64,000 bases of DNA from Candidatus Thorarchaeota archaeon (GTDB taxonomy: Archaea > Asgardarchaeota > Thorarchaeia > Thorarchaeales > Thorarchaeaceae). The position numbers were made by a program, and so were the translations under genes. The stretch spans positions 64,001-128,000 of the forward strand of contig JAFGAR010000028.1 in the NCBI GenBank assembly GCA_016933575.1, in the 5' to 3' direction. Below, piece after piece: positions 35,618-46,008 of this stretch (position 1 is the stretch's first letter; each line of letters begins with the position of its first letter). A model generated the notes under the pieces. That model was not told the origin of the DNA. It searched no databases and saw only the letters and a program-made list of their open reading frames with translations.

Positions 35618-37630
35618 ATGCCTCATCTTCGTTCATCCCAAGATGGTGACCATCACCAAGTGAGGAATTTAGACATGGCACAAATGAGTACTGTACTTTC
35701 AGCAATTCGCAGAAAGTCAACTGATGACGCGCCCGCGGATATTGTAGGTGTGTTTGCTGGTTTTGGTAGCATCTTATCCATCATCGCGGCCGCTATTGGA
35801 TTGTTAGCAGGAGTCCCACTTATTCCAATAACTTCCACAACTTGGGAAGTCGTAGTGGACACTCCTATTCAATGGAGTATTGCAGGTAATCCTCAGTATC
35901 ATCTGTTTTCAGGAGCATTTATGGGTCTACTCGCAATTGGATTAATCCTTCAAGCTTTTGGCTCTCGTGATTTGAGGGCAAAACTTGGAACCATCTTTGG
36001 TTCAGTGTTGTATGTTGCTTTCCTAGTAGCTGCAGTGATTGCAGTATATGTACTGATTGGATACTTCAATATTAATTATGCATCAGAAATTGGAGGATTC
36101 TTGGCAAATCTGTATTTACTAGGATCCATTTTCGTACTAACTTGGCAAATGGTATCAGTGCTCTATGTCGATTCAAGTAAGACATGGATTGGATTCTTTG
36201 CAGGAATTCTGAATGGATTGTTCATTCCTATCCTTGCTCTAGGTCAAGTACTTGGTCCACTCCTCGTCTATGGAGCATATGCAATACTTCTTGGTGGTCA
36301 ATTATGTGCATTACTCTTCTGGTGGTCTCCAAACAGCACCATTAGAGAGTATGCCAGGAGTCCTGAGAAGGCAAAGTTTGCTTTTGGTCTCGGTGGATTG
36401 CTTACTTTCGCTATTGGGACAGCAGCCGTGTTTATCGGGCCAATCACAACACATCCAACAGGCAGTACCATCTGGAGACCATGGATTACTCTAGCACCTT
36501 CCGGTACTGAGTATGTCACAAATCCAGCATTGATTTTCGGATTTCTAGCTGCCATGGTATTTTGGATTTTGTTATCACCTAGATTAGGCGCAAAGGAATT
36601 GAAGACTGCTGCTATAGGAGAAGACATTATCAAAGGTGGAAGCAAATGGTTTGCTGTTTTCCTTCTTCTAATTGGGCTTTTAGCAGCAAGCCAATCAGGT
36701 ACATTTAGTACCGCAATAGGATCTTGGGGATTCTTCTTGGTCATTGCACCAGCTGGTGCCATGATTCTAATAGGAGCTCTTTATACTGCTAAAACTGATA
36801 TTGTAACAGGCTTTCCACTAATAATCACAGCAGTGCTGATTATGATCAATCCTCACTCCCTAGCAATTTTCGTAATTGCTGGTTGGATGCTAATCCTAAT
36901 TACCCAAGTCTTTCTGACAATAGAGTGTAAAATTCGTGGACTAACTGGTTTCAGTCAGGGAGCTGTAACTGTGCTGATGAGTATTTTGACTTCGATAGTA
37001 CTCATTGTGGTAATGTTTGGATGGTTAGGAAGTGGTCCTCAAGCATTATGGCCAACTAATAGATGGTTCAATATCGCGCTTATTCCAGGAGTCGATCGTG
37101 CAGTTCAGTCAGCATTCATCATCATCATGCCATTCCTAGCTTTGCTCCTTAGAAATGCAGCTTTAGCTGGATTTGCTCACGGTAGAGGATATAGCACTGG
37201 TGGCATTCTAATGGGAATTACGGTGATCTTTGCTCTCATGATTCCAGCGATTGCTGGTAACTTTACAGTAACTCATGAGGCTAATACAGGAGCTGCATTA
37301 TTACTTGCACTCTATGCGATGAGTCTAGTAATGGTGGTATCACTGAACCTCAAGCTAGCTAATGACGTTGAGGAACAAGGCCATGATTTTGAATCAACTC
37401 TCATGAAAGTAGCTTCAATTGGACAGATCATATTTTCAGCGGCAGTTCTTCTCATTGTTCTAGTCTACTTTAGTGGTTTACCAACTCCTGAGGAAATAGC
37501 GTTTGTCATCTCAATGCTAGTTGTATTTGTTGCAAGTTCTGAAGTACTATCAATCATTGGGTGGCTTATCGCAGGTATAAGATTAGGTCTACTGAAGGAA
37601 GGATTCCGATTCACTAGACTCGGTCAGTAG
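35618..37630 (+). CDS. Large polytopic membrane protein, unknown function
   Basis: Roughly 18-20 hydrophobic segments; no motif recognised. Start probably ATG 35675 (GAGG upstream). Confidence 0.8.
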   Translation: MPHLRSSQDGDHHQVRNLDMAQMSTVLSAIRRKSTDDAPADIVGVFAGFGSILSIIAAAIGLLAGVPLIPITSTTWEVVVDTPIQWSIAGNPQYHLFSGAFMGLLAIGLILQAFGSRDLRAKLGTIFGSVLYVAFLVAAVIAVYVLIGYFNINYASEIGGFLANLYLLGSIFVLTWQMVSVLYVDSSKTWIGFFAGILNGLFIPILALGQVLGPLLVYGAYAILLGGQLCALLFWWSPNSTIREYARSPEKAKFAFGLGGLLTFAIGTAAVFIGPITTHPTGSTIWRPWITLAPSGTEYVTNPALIFGFLAAMVFWILLSPRLGAKELKTAAIGEDIIKGGSKWFAVFLLLIGLLAASQSGTFSTAIGSWGFFLVIAPAGAMILIGALYTAKTDIVTGFPLIITAVLIMINPHSLAIFVIAGWMLILITQVFLTIECKIRGLTGFSQGAVTVLMSILTSIVLIVVMFGWLGSGPQALWPTNRWFNIALIPGVDRAVQSAFIIIMPFLALLLRNAALAGFAHGRGYSTGGILMGITVIFALMIPAIAGNFTVTHEANTGAALLLALYAMSLVMVVSLNLKLANDVEEQGHDFESTLMKVASIGQIIFSAAVLLIVLVYFSGLPTPEEIAFVISMLVVFVASSEVLSIIGWLIAGIRLGLLKEGFRFTRLGQ

Positions 37631-37658
37631 CAGAATAATAAAAGGATGGTGATCATCA

Positions 37659-38417
37659 ATGGCTCCTCTGGTTAAAGGAGTTAAAACTTACCCAGAAGGA
37701 GCCAACATTGCTTTTTTGTTAGTACATGGTTTTTGTGCGGCTCCAGATGAAATGCGCACTCTATGGGAATTCCTAGAGGATAATGGGATTGCCTCCTTCG
37801 CAGTGAAAGTTGAAGGACATGGTACTACTCCAGAAGACTTGAAAAACACAACCTGGAAAGACTGGTTTAATTCTGTCAAGATTGGGTTAGAGGAAGTAAG
37901 GTCTTGGGGCACCAATTATGTATTCATCGCAGGACTATCGATGGGCGGAGCACTTTCCACACTCTTAACAGCAGAATCCGAAGATATTGATGGACTAGTC
38001 TTAATCGCTCCAGCTTTGAAGATAGAAGGTTTACTTCCAAAGCTTGTTCCTATACTGAAATATGTCCTCAAGGACAGAGAGATCGATGTTGAAGCATCTC
38101 AAGAGAAGTATGATATAAAGAGGACAAAGTACTCTAGAGAACCTGTTTCAGCATATCACGAACTCTTTAAACTTCAAAATGTAGCAAGAAAAAGTATGAG
38201 TCGAGTGTCTGTTCCTTGTATAATAATACAAGGTACTGAAGATAAGACAATAGATCCCAGAAATGGCAAAATTGCGTACGAGGGAATTGGTTCAAAGGAC
38301 AAAGAACTTCACTTTATTGAAGGAGCTGAACATGTAATAACGTGCCATCCTACGAGAAAGGAAGCATATCCTTTGATTCTATCATTCATCGAGAGGATTG
38401 TGAAAAAGTCTGTATGA
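37659..38417 (+). CDS. Alpha/beta hydrolase (carboxylesterase / monoacylglycerol lipase-like)
   Basis: LVHGF, GHGT, GLSMGG, QGTEDKTI, GAEH: complete Ser-Asp-His triad. Confidence 0.9.
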   Translation: MAPLVKGVKTYPEGANIAFLLVHGFCAAPDEMRTLWEFLEDNGIASFAVKVEGHGTTPEDLKNTTWKDWFNSVKIGLEEVRSWGTNYVFIAGLSMGGALSTLLTAESEDIDGLVLIAPALKIEGLLPKLVPILKYVLKDREIDVEASQEKYDIKRTKYSREPVSAYHELFKLQNVARKSMSRVSVPCIIIQGTEDKTIDPRNGKIAYEGIGSKDKELHFIEGAEHVITCHPTRKEAYPLILSFIERIVKKSV

Positions 38418-38437
38418 AATGATGATAGAGTATTTTC

Positions 38438-39142
38438 CTAGGAGTCTGTGACTTCAGATCTTGCTTTGACACCAATATCTGGAAAATCTGTAATTATACC
38501 ATCAACCCTAAGATTTCTAATTAAATCAAACATTCGATCAATATCATTTACTGTCCAAGGATAGATCAACACACCATGATTATGTGCTTGACTAACTATC
38601 TCGTTCGTTATGATTTCATAGTGAGGGTTTAGAGCATCTACTCCGAGCTCGCATATGTAATTAATCAAATCATCTTGTGAATGAGATATTAAAGCAGCAG
38701 TAAACACCCGTTTATCCAGTTCTTTCATAACGAGGAGTGTTCCATGGTAAAAAGAGCTTATCACAACATCGTTAATCATTTGTCTTTCAACGAGTAAATC
38801 AATAATCTTCTTTTCGACGCCTAAGGTCTTCAATTCGATATTGACCTTCAATCTATTCTTAGCGTAGGACAGGACCTCGCTTAAGAGTGGTATTCTCTCC
38901 CCCTTTCCAGCATCTAATTCTCGAAGCTCATTCAGTGTATGCTCTGAAACTAATCCAGTACCATCCGTTGTTCGTGACACATCAGCATCATGGATACAGA
39001 CTAAATGGCCATCCAAGGTTTCATGTATATCCAATTCGACCATGTCAGCTCCAAATTCAAATGCAGTCTGAAAAGATAGTAGGGTGTTTTCTGGAGCATG
39101 TCCAGCGGCGCCTCGATGTCCGATTATAATGCAATTCTGCAA
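38438..39142 (-). CDS. Glycerophosphodiester phosphodiesterase
   Basis: GHRGAAGHAPENTL, ELDIHETLDG, HD..VSRTT, NIELK, WTVND, GIITDFP. Confidence 0.93.
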   Translation of the reverse strand: MQNCIIIGHRGAAGHAPENTLLSFQTAFEFGADMVELDIHETLDGHLVCIHDADVSRTTDGTGLVSEHTLNELRELDAGKGERIPLLSEVLSYAKNRLKVNIELKTLGVEKKIIDLLVERQMINDVVISSFYHGTLLVMKELDKRVFTAALISHSQDDLINYICELGVDALNPHYEIITNEIVSQAHNHGVLIYPWTVNDIDRMFDLIRNLRVDGIITDFPDIGVKARSEVTDS

Positions 39143-39166
39143 CTATCATGCCTCTAGAGATTAGAT

Positions 39167-39463
39167 TTATTGATCATCTGGCGCGAGCCCAGTTCCTCCA
39201 CATCTTGGACAAGTTTCGCCATTGACTTTTCCACTTCCATTACAATAGTAACAATCATCTTTAGTCTGTGTAAGACTCTTATCAATACCTTTTGTAAAAG
39301 CGGCTCCTATAGCTATCAATACAACTGCCATAAACATACTAAATAGTGATAGAAGATACAATGAAGGAATCTGCAGAAGAATGACCAGAGAAACAATAAA
39401 TAGTAGAAATCCGGCTACAAACAAAATCGGACCAGTTCTCGCTCTTTCCATTTTACCAACCAT
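39167..39463 (-). CDS. Small 2-TM protein with a DnaJ-type CxxCxGxG Zn finger
   Basis: Two hydrophobic helices, then CYYCNGSG and CPRCGGTG. Confidence 0.8.
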   Translation of the reverse strand: MVGKMERARTGPILFVAGFLLFIVSLVILLQIPSLYLLSLFSMFMAVVLIAIGAAFTKGIDKSLTQTKDDCYYCNGSGKVNGETCPRCGGTGLAPDDQ

Positions 39464-39633
39464 TCCAAGTCATTATTGGAGGTCTAGGATTACATAACTC
39501 CTAGCTACGAACTGTTGCGCTCCTAAATCATCTAAATACATTGCGGAATATAAAATATCAGAATTAATGATAGTGGACGATTCAACCCTAAGAGATAATA
39601 GCAAAGATGAATCATGTCTAGCAATGTGGGAGA

Positions 39634-40557
39634 TTGAATACAATGTCTAGGACTGATATATTCGCAAAATACTCTCAAGTCTATGCAAAAGCTCACGCAA
39701 GAGTTGTTGTTCCAGAAGGACCATTTGTTAGACAGCTAACAGATGTTCCAAGAAAGAAGTATGACATTGGCTTATTCTTCAAACCAAATCGAAGTAGCCG
39801 TTGTGTTCAAATTCATATGGGAAATCCAATACCCAAAGAAATCTGTGAACAAGAGGGTTTCTTGGAAACAGATGAGACAACATACCTCAGTAGAACATTG
39901 CTGTCAAAATTCAAGACACTCGATTTTCTCAGAGTTGTGATTTCTGCAGGAGCAATATGTGGAACGAAAGAAGAACGAATTGATTTCTTAAAAACAGCAC
40001 AACGAGTTATCGATGTGGTTCTACGAAAAGCAAAAAATGTGATGCATATCGCAGAGTTCGAACCATTTCGTTTCGATAAGTGTGTTCAAACCCTTAACGA
40101 ATTTCTAGTAAAAGGATTGAAAATGGATGAGGTGTCAGTTGAAGCAGCATCAATTCCGTTCTACGTAGCATCTCCTGAATATATTCTACTTTCAAATAAT
40201 GACATTATTGTCATTGGTGAAGAACCAAGAGTACCCCAAGGTGAATTCTTTCTTGTAGGAGGGATAGGATATACATTTGACAAGACGGAAGGAGCTGTTA
40301 GTGAAGGACGCCTATTCAGATCAACAACAGACCTGTCTGCTCAAGGTATTGATGAGGCATACATTGACGGTATGATATCAAGGATTACTGAAGATTTCCA
40401 AAATAGTATGCACTCACTCATATTCGCGGATGTCTGGAAGAAGGCAAAGGTGAAACCAGTAGGCGTCAATTTTGGTAGTGATCTCTTTGTAAAAGCTGAA
40501 CCCTCTAGTGAGATTTGGACCGGTGTTTTTGAGGTATATGTGAAATCCCCAAAGTGA
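39634..40557 (+). CDS. Hypothetical soluble protein
   Basis: 307-aa ORF filling the interval; no motif recognised. Confidence 0.75.
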   Translation: MNTMSRTDIFAKYSQVYAKAHARVVVPEGPFVRQLTDVPRKKYDIGLFFKPNRSSRCVQIHMGNPIPKEICEQEGFLETDETTYLSRTLLSKFKTLDFLRVVISAGAICGTKEERIDFLKTAQRVIDVVLRKAKNVMHIAEFEPFRFDKCVQTLNEFLVKGLKMDEVSVEAASIPFYVASPEYILLSNNDIIVIGEEPRVPQGEFFLVGGIGYTFDKTEGAVSEGRLFRSTTDLSAQGIDEAYIDGMISRITEDFQNSMHSLIFADVWKKAKVKPVGVNFGSDLFVKAEPSSEIWTGVFEVYVKSPK

Positions 40558-40572
40558 TGAACATAATAGATC

Positions 40573-42156
40573 CTAGAACATTAAAACATCAAAGGAATCT
40601 ATTGCAAAGAAGACAGCACGATATGCATAGATTCTGAAAGTATAGGTCACTTGTGAATCAGCTGTTACCAACATTATTGCTCTCAGAGTCCCAATAGCAT
40701 CTGAACCAAATGTTGTAAGAAGCGAAGGAAGAGACGCTATAGTTAGATTTGTGAGACCATGGTTTGAGGCAGATATCAAATCATTGACAAAGATTTGCAT
40801 CGTGGTGTATACTGAGTCAATACGGCCATCAATATCAGTTGAATTACCAATCTCGCCTAATTTGATTGACCAAGTCGAACCTATTGTCCTAAGGGAGCTT
40901 GCATAGGAGTATGCTAAGTATTCGCCTACATCACCTAGCATTTCGAATGAGAATCTAGACCGTTCACATGAGATCTCTACGGAGTTCCAGAGAGAGAGAG
41001 TATCTGCAGTGACGCCACACAGTCGCATAGTTAATGTATCGCCATCTTGAAAATCGTCAATTGCAAATGACTCTACTAATACACCTGCCTTAAGATTAGC
41101 CTCATCCGATGCTTGGATTAATTCAGCAGTATCTTCCTCAATGACAGTTGGATCGATTGAGAAGATTGAAGACCTCATAAGTCCCGCAAAACCCACGAGA
41201 TCTAGATTTCGAGTGTACAACATTAATTGTTGCCATTCAATGCGGGACAAAGTAAAATCATATTGAAGCTTTAGGGGACGGTTCATTACACCTACTAACT
41301 CAGTGGATACCTGCTCTAATGCATCATTATGGGACACAAACATTTCATGAATAACTTCAGTCGTACCTAACGATGTCGGATGAGAACCAATCATACTTGC
41401 TCTGTCTGAGGAGAGTGTAATGATGTAAGGTACAGATGTGAGATTCAGAGCTCCAATCCATGTTTGTAGACGTGACCATGATTCCGAGCTATTCTCTTGG
41501 ACTCTGATGTCAAGACCAAACTGATTTACTAGCACATCGTTCAACAGTGATTGTGTAGGTGTAATGTTGGTGTAAGGATAATCAAAATCCGCCAGAGGTA
41601 CTTCAAACATAGTATAAGAGGATCCGGTGTTCGATACGCTTGCAATCGGAACTTCACCCATAATAATGACAGAAACAGGAAAACTAAATCCAAGCATATT
41701 GAGGAGTATGATATACGCTATTGCTTTCTTTCCAGCTTGCCTGAAATTGGACTTAGGTCGAAAGCGACCAAGAAAGAAAAGTAAAATGATTGCAACAAGA
41801 TTGAATATCAGACTAAAGAGGAATCCTCGAATTAGTAGGGTGAGTAGCCCAAAGAATATACTTGATATCACTAAGAAGATTAAATTCCATACAGCGGCCC
41901 GGTCGTTATGAAAAGATTGTATCATAAATGGCAGGAATATCATCAGAGGAAGTATATAGAGCGCTATTGGCATTGAATCAACAAGACTGACACCACTCAG
42001 AGTCATTCTAATGGTCACTGAGAGCATTGCATAGAGAATGAGAATCATATTAACAACAAGAACAAAGATGATGAAGGTGTTGAATCCCCTATCAAGACGC
42101 TCGTTTGAATTAATAGAACTACGAACATCTCTGCGCCTCTGTAGTATTATACTCAT
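40573..42156 (-). CDS. Membrane protein (about 5 N-terminal TM) with a large soluble domain, unknown function
   Basis: Hydrophobic aa 25-165 followed by an acidic alpha/beta region with NxS/T sequons. Confidence 0.75.
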   Translation of the reverse strand: MSIILQRRRDVRSSINSNERLDRGFNTFIIFVLVVNMILILYAMLSVTIRMTLSGVSLVDSMPIALYILPLMIFLPFMIQSFHNDRAAVWNLIFLVISSIFFGLLTLLIRGFLFSLIFNLVAIILLFFLGRFRPKSNFRQAGKKAIAYIILLNMLGFSFPVSVIIMGEVPIASVSNTGSSYTMFEVPLADFDYPYTNITPTQSLLNDVLVNQFGLDIRVQENSSESWSRLQTWIGALNLTSVPYIITLSSDRASMIGSHPTSLGTTEVIHEMFVSHNDALEQVSTELVGVMNRPLKLQYDFTLSRIEWQQLMLYTRNLDLVGFAGLMRSSIFSIDPTVIEEDTAELIQASDEANLKAGVLVESFAIDDFQDGDTLTMRLCGVTADTLSLWNSVEISCERSRFSFEMLGDVGEYLAYSYASSLRTIGSTWSIKLGEIGNSTDIDGRIDSVYTTMQIFVNDLISASNHGLTNLTIASLPSLLTTFGSDAIGTLRAIMLVTADSQVTYTFRIYAYRAVFFAIDSFDVLMF

Positions 42157-42242
42157 GAAAGCTCATAGGTAGGTCTTCGTTTTAGCAGATAAGCTTCACG
42201 CATACGAATCTAGCATACTCTATATATTGAGAAGATTGGGCA

Positions 42243-43463
42243 ATGGATTATAGTAGGTTACCAATCATGTATGATGTTGCAGTGATAGGAGCAGGTCCTG
42301 GAGGATCTACAATCTCACGTTATCTAGCTAAGGCTGGATTAAACATCTGTTTGGTTGATAAGGATGCATTTCCGAGAGACAAACCATGTGGAGGAGGTTT
42401 CTCACAACGGATTCTCGATGAATTTCCATACCTTCGAAAACGTGCGGATGATTTCCTCAAAGGTATAGCAAAGGTTGGAGTACTTCACTCACCAAATCGA
42501 AGAGTGATTCTTGAAGGAAAGGTTGACATGGCAGTGACCTTACGAACTGATTTTGATAATGTCCTTTTTGAATGCGCCATAGAACAAGGTGCAGAACCGA
42601 TTGTTGGTCTTCGAGCGAAATCATTGAGAACAACATCCGATTATTCGGAAGTCTATCTTTCTGGGGGAAAATCCATCAAAGCCAACTTGATTGTTGGTGC
42701 AGATGGAGTGACAAGTATGGTAGCACGAAACACGGGTTTAAATAAAAGATGGCCAAACTCGACAGTAACGGCGTGTCGTGTTGTTGAAGTTCCTGCAACG
42801 AATGACGAAATCATAGAAAGGTATACTGAACAGCTTCATTATCATTTCTTTGCTAATCTAGGAGAACTCCCGGGCTATGCTTGGATTTTTCCAAAACGAG
42901 AAACTATCAATGTTGGCTTAGGGATTGTTGGTACTCATGCTAGAGGGCTCCCCAGTATCTTTAATGCATTTGTAAAATATCTAAAGAAAGAAAACCTACT
43001 GATGGAAGATTCTGATCTTAAAAAAGCCAAAGGTGCTCTTGTACCCACCAACGGACCAATTCGCAGGTCATATGCAAATCGTTGTCTTTTGGTTGGGGAT
43101 TCAGCTGGAATGGTGAGTCCGCTTACTGGAGGAGGAATTGCATACGCTATGAAAGCAGCCCGCTACGCGGTGCCAGTAATTCAAACCTGCATTGAAAATA
43201 GCGATTTCACAGCTACAAGCTTAGAAGATTATGAAACCGCCTGGCGGAGAGCCTTTGGTAATGAATTCAAAGAACAATTACTTGCTCAGAAGATATTTAC
43301 AAGTCCATTTACAGAAGTACTGTTCGCTATTGGAAGTCGTGATAAGAAAATTCAAACAATGGTCTCAGAGTCTATGGCAGAATCATCAGAACAAGGAATA
43401 AGTATCACTAATTTGGTCGCTCGTACATTGTTAGTATGTCTAAAATCAGCAATCAGAGTCTAG
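42243..43463 (+). CDS. Geranylgeranyl reductase family flavoprotein
   Basis: YDVAVIGAGPGG, FPRDKPCGGG, GADG, GYAWIFPK, LVGDSAGMVSPLTGGGI. Confidence 0.92.
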   Translation: MDYSRLPIMYDVAVIGAGPGGSTISRYLAKAGLNICLVDKDAFPRDKPCGGGFSQRILDEFPYLRKRADDFLKGIAKVGVLHSPNRRVILEGKVDMAVTLRTDFDNVLFECAIEQGAEPIVGLRAKSLRTTSDYSEVYLSGGKSIKANLIVGADGVTSMVARNTGLNKRWPNSTVTACRVVEVPATNDEIIERYTEQLHYHFFANLGELPGYAWIFPKRETINVGLGIVGTHARGLPSIFNAFVKYLKKENLLMEDSDLKKAKGALVPTNGPIRRSYANRCLLVGDSAGMVSPLTGGGIAYAMKAARYAVPVIQTCIENSDFTATSLEDYETAWRRAFGNEFKEQLLAQKIFTSPFTEVLFAIGSRDKKIQTMVSESMAESSEQGISITNLVARTLLVCLKSAIRV

Positions 43464-43535
43464 CTTCATTTTTGTTTCCTGAATAACATAAGGGATAAAT
43501 GAGAGTATACGTAGTAACTTGTATTCCGATTCTCA

Positions 43536-45233
43536 GTGATGAGAGAGAGGAGAGAAAAATTGGATAAACCATGGTACAAAAACTATGTGGAAGGTACCCC
43601 GCACGAGATTTCGATTCCTGAAGGTCCGCTCTGGACAGGACTTGATAATGCCATCAAGAATTATCCAGATAATATTGCTTTGTTTTTTGAAGGAGTCAAA
43701 GTCACCTATCGCGAACTTGGAGAGTTAGTAGATCGAGCTGCCAATGGATTCGCGAAGTTAGGGGTCAAGAAGGGTGATGTTGTAGCAATCATGCTTATCA
43801 ACTGTCCCCAATTTGTAATATCGTATTTTGGTGCACTGAAGTGTGGTGCAACTGTAACTCCTGTGAATCCCCTAGCTGTGGCCAAAGAACTCAGGATATA
43901 CTTGCAGGATACGAAAGCAAAAGTGATGGTAGTTCTCAATTTCTTCTATGGTGTAGTTCAAGCTGTTCGTGAAGAATCGAGTCTTGAGAAAGTGATTGTT
44001 GCTGCTGGTTGGGATATGATGTCAAAGATAAAGCAAATCTTGGCTCCCAAGACAGTTTACAAGAAAGAGATGAAACATGTTCCACCAATGCGCGAAGGAG
44101 ATATTCTTTGGAATGATTTTATTGCAGGCGCAGTTCCTGAAGCACCCAAGGTGGACATCAATCCTGCAAAAGATATTGCAGTGTATCAATTTACTGGAGG
44201 AACTACAGGTATCCCAAAGGCTGCCATGTTAACTCATGATAATCTAAAAGCAAACTGTGAGCAATGTGGAGCATGGATGGAGGCAATTGCTGAAAAAGGA
44301 AAGGAGTCCTTTGTGGCGGCACTGCCATTACAGCATATATTTGGTCAGACAATTTCAATGAATCTAGCCATATCTTGGGGTAGTACGATTATCCTAGTTC
44401 CCAATGCGAGAGATATCAAACACCTACTGGAATTGATTAGCAAGGAGAGACCTACATTCTTTCCAATTGTATCAACACTCGCAATCTCAATTTATAGTCA
44501 CCCGGAAGCAAAGAAGTATGACCTTACATCACTGAAACTGTCTATTGCAGGAGCCATGGCACTTCCACCAGAAGTGACACGTAGATTTGAAGAAGCCACT
44601 AATTCAATTATCATAGAAGGATATGGACTAAGTGAAGCTTCGCCTGTAACTCATGCAAATCCACTCGATAAGGAGAAGCGAAAAGTAGGTTCAATTGGAC
44701 TACCATTCCCAAGTACAGACTGCAAGATTGTAGATCTTGATAACAAATCTAAGGACTTGGCAGTTGGAGAAGTGGGTGAGCTTGCTGTTAAGGGCCCACA
44801 GATTATGGCAGGTTACCATAACCGACCAGATGAAACAAAAGATGTTCTCTCGAAAGATGGCTGGTTGTACACAGGTGATATTGCGAAGATTGACGAACAT
44901 GGATGGACATACATAGTTGATAGGAAGAAGGATCTCATCAATGCGAGCGGCTACAAAGTTTGGCCAAATGAAGTTGAAGAGGTTCTCTTTGAACATCCCA
45001 AGATTAGAGAAGCGGCAGTTATAGGAATTCCCGATGAAACGCGTGGCGAAACCGTGAAAGCCTTCGTCGTTCTTGAACCCGGACAGACTGCAACAGTTGA
45101 TGAGATTCGAGCTTTCTCAAAAGAAAAGATGGCTGTGTATAAGGTCCCAACGCACATTGAATTCGTTGATGAATTGCCAAAATCACAGGTGGGTAAGATT
45201 CTCAGAAGAGAGTTACGCGAAGATACAAAGTAG
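43536..45233 (+). CDS. fadD: Long-chain-fatty-acid--CoA ligase
   Basis: QFTGGTTGIPKAA, EGYGLSEASP, WLYTGDIA, IVDRKKDLI, LPKSQVGKILRR. Start may be TTG 43560. Confidence 0.92.
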   Translation: MMRERREKLDKPWYKNYVEGTPHEISIPEGPLWTGLDNAIKNYPDNIALFFEGVKVTYRELGELVDRAANGFAKLGVKKGDVVAIMLINCPQFVISYFGALKCGATVTPVNPLAVAKELRIYLQDTKAKVMVVLNFFYGVVQAVREESSLEKVIVAAGWDMMSKIKQILAPKTVYKKEMKHVPPMREGDILWNDFIAGAVPEAPKVDINPAKDIAVYQFTGGTTGIPKAAMLTHDNLKANCEQCGAWMEAIAEKGKESFVAALPLQHIFGQTISMNLAISWGSTIILVPNARDIKHLLELISKERPTFFPIVSTLAISIYSHPEAKKYDLTSLKLSIAGAMALPPEVTRRFEEATNSIIIEGYGLSEASPVTHANPLDKEKRKVGSIGLPFPSTDCKIVDLDNKSKDLAVGEVGELAVKGPQIMAGYHNRPDETKDVLSKDGWLYTGDIAKIDEHGWTYIVDRKKDLINASGYKVWPNEVEEVLFEHPKIREAAVIGIPDETRGETVKAFVVLEPGQTATVDEIRAFSKEKMAVYKVPTHIEFVDELPKSQVGKILRRELREDTK

Positions 45234-45246
45234 AAACAAACCTGAA

Positions 45247-45288
45247 ACCGGAAGCATAAAGATGCCTTCCGGTATTCTTCTTTTTCTC
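45247..45288 (+). terminator. Hairpin + pyrimidine tail after fadD
   Basis: ACCGGAAGCAT-AAAG-ATGCCTTCCGGT followed by ATTCTTCTTTTTCTC; lies between convergent genes. Confidence 0.7.
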
Positions 45289-45290
45289 GC

Positions 45291-45851
45291 CTAATCCGAC
45301 GGCTGAAACGCATCTGTTTCATAATTTTCAATGAGTGCTTGAACCTCAGGTCTGCCTAACAACTTCCGACGGGTTTCAGAGAGATTATTGATCACACAAG
45401 CAATACCTACAACAGAGGCACCAACACTCTCAACAAATTTCTTCACTGCGAGGACAGTTGTTCCATGATGTAACCAGTCATCTACAATTGCGACTCTATC
45501 GCCGGGATCAATCGACTCAGTAACAATAGCGAGTTTTCGATCAGCAAAACGACTTACAGGGAAGATTTCCACTTCTCTATTGTATTCCTCAGGCAGATAA
45601 TAAATGGAACGAGCAGGAACAATTCCACAGCCTAGATAGTAAGCAATAGCACTACCTAGAGCAATGCCACGTTGTTCAATGCCAATAATCTTGTTTGGTT
45701 TGACCTCTAGAAGCGGTTTTGCTAAAGCAACTACAGCTTCATGAAATATATTGGGATGTTCTAGAAGTCTGCTAATGTCACAGACGGCCTTTCCAGGTCC
45801 AGGCCAATCCTTAATCACTTCAATGTATTTCTTAAAGTCAACATTTGCCAT
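45291..45851 (-). CDS. Adenine phosphoribosyltransferase-like type I PRTase (divergent)
   Basis: IKDWPGPGKAVCDISRLL, GIEQRGIALG, RVAIVDDWLHHGTT. Confidence 0.8.
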   Translation of the reverse strand: MANVDFKKYIEVIKDWPGPGKAVCDISRLLEHPNIFHEAVVALAKPLLEVKPNKIIGIEQRGIALGSAIAYYLGCGIVPARSIYYLPEEYNREVEIFPVSRFADRKLAIVTESIDPGDRVAIVDDWLHHGTTVLAVKKFVESVGASVVGIACVINNLSETRRKLLGRPEVQALIENYETDAFQPSD

Positions 45852-46008
45852 CGTTCCATCACTACTGGAGGCTAGCTACTAGTTAGACTTAATCCTTTCG
45901 TTGTCAAAAGAGACCACATAAGATGGGCAATCGGGACACCACACGCGAAACAGTTAAGATGAAAGCAGCAGCATTTGTTGAACATAACCGTTTGGATGAT
46001 AGGTCACC

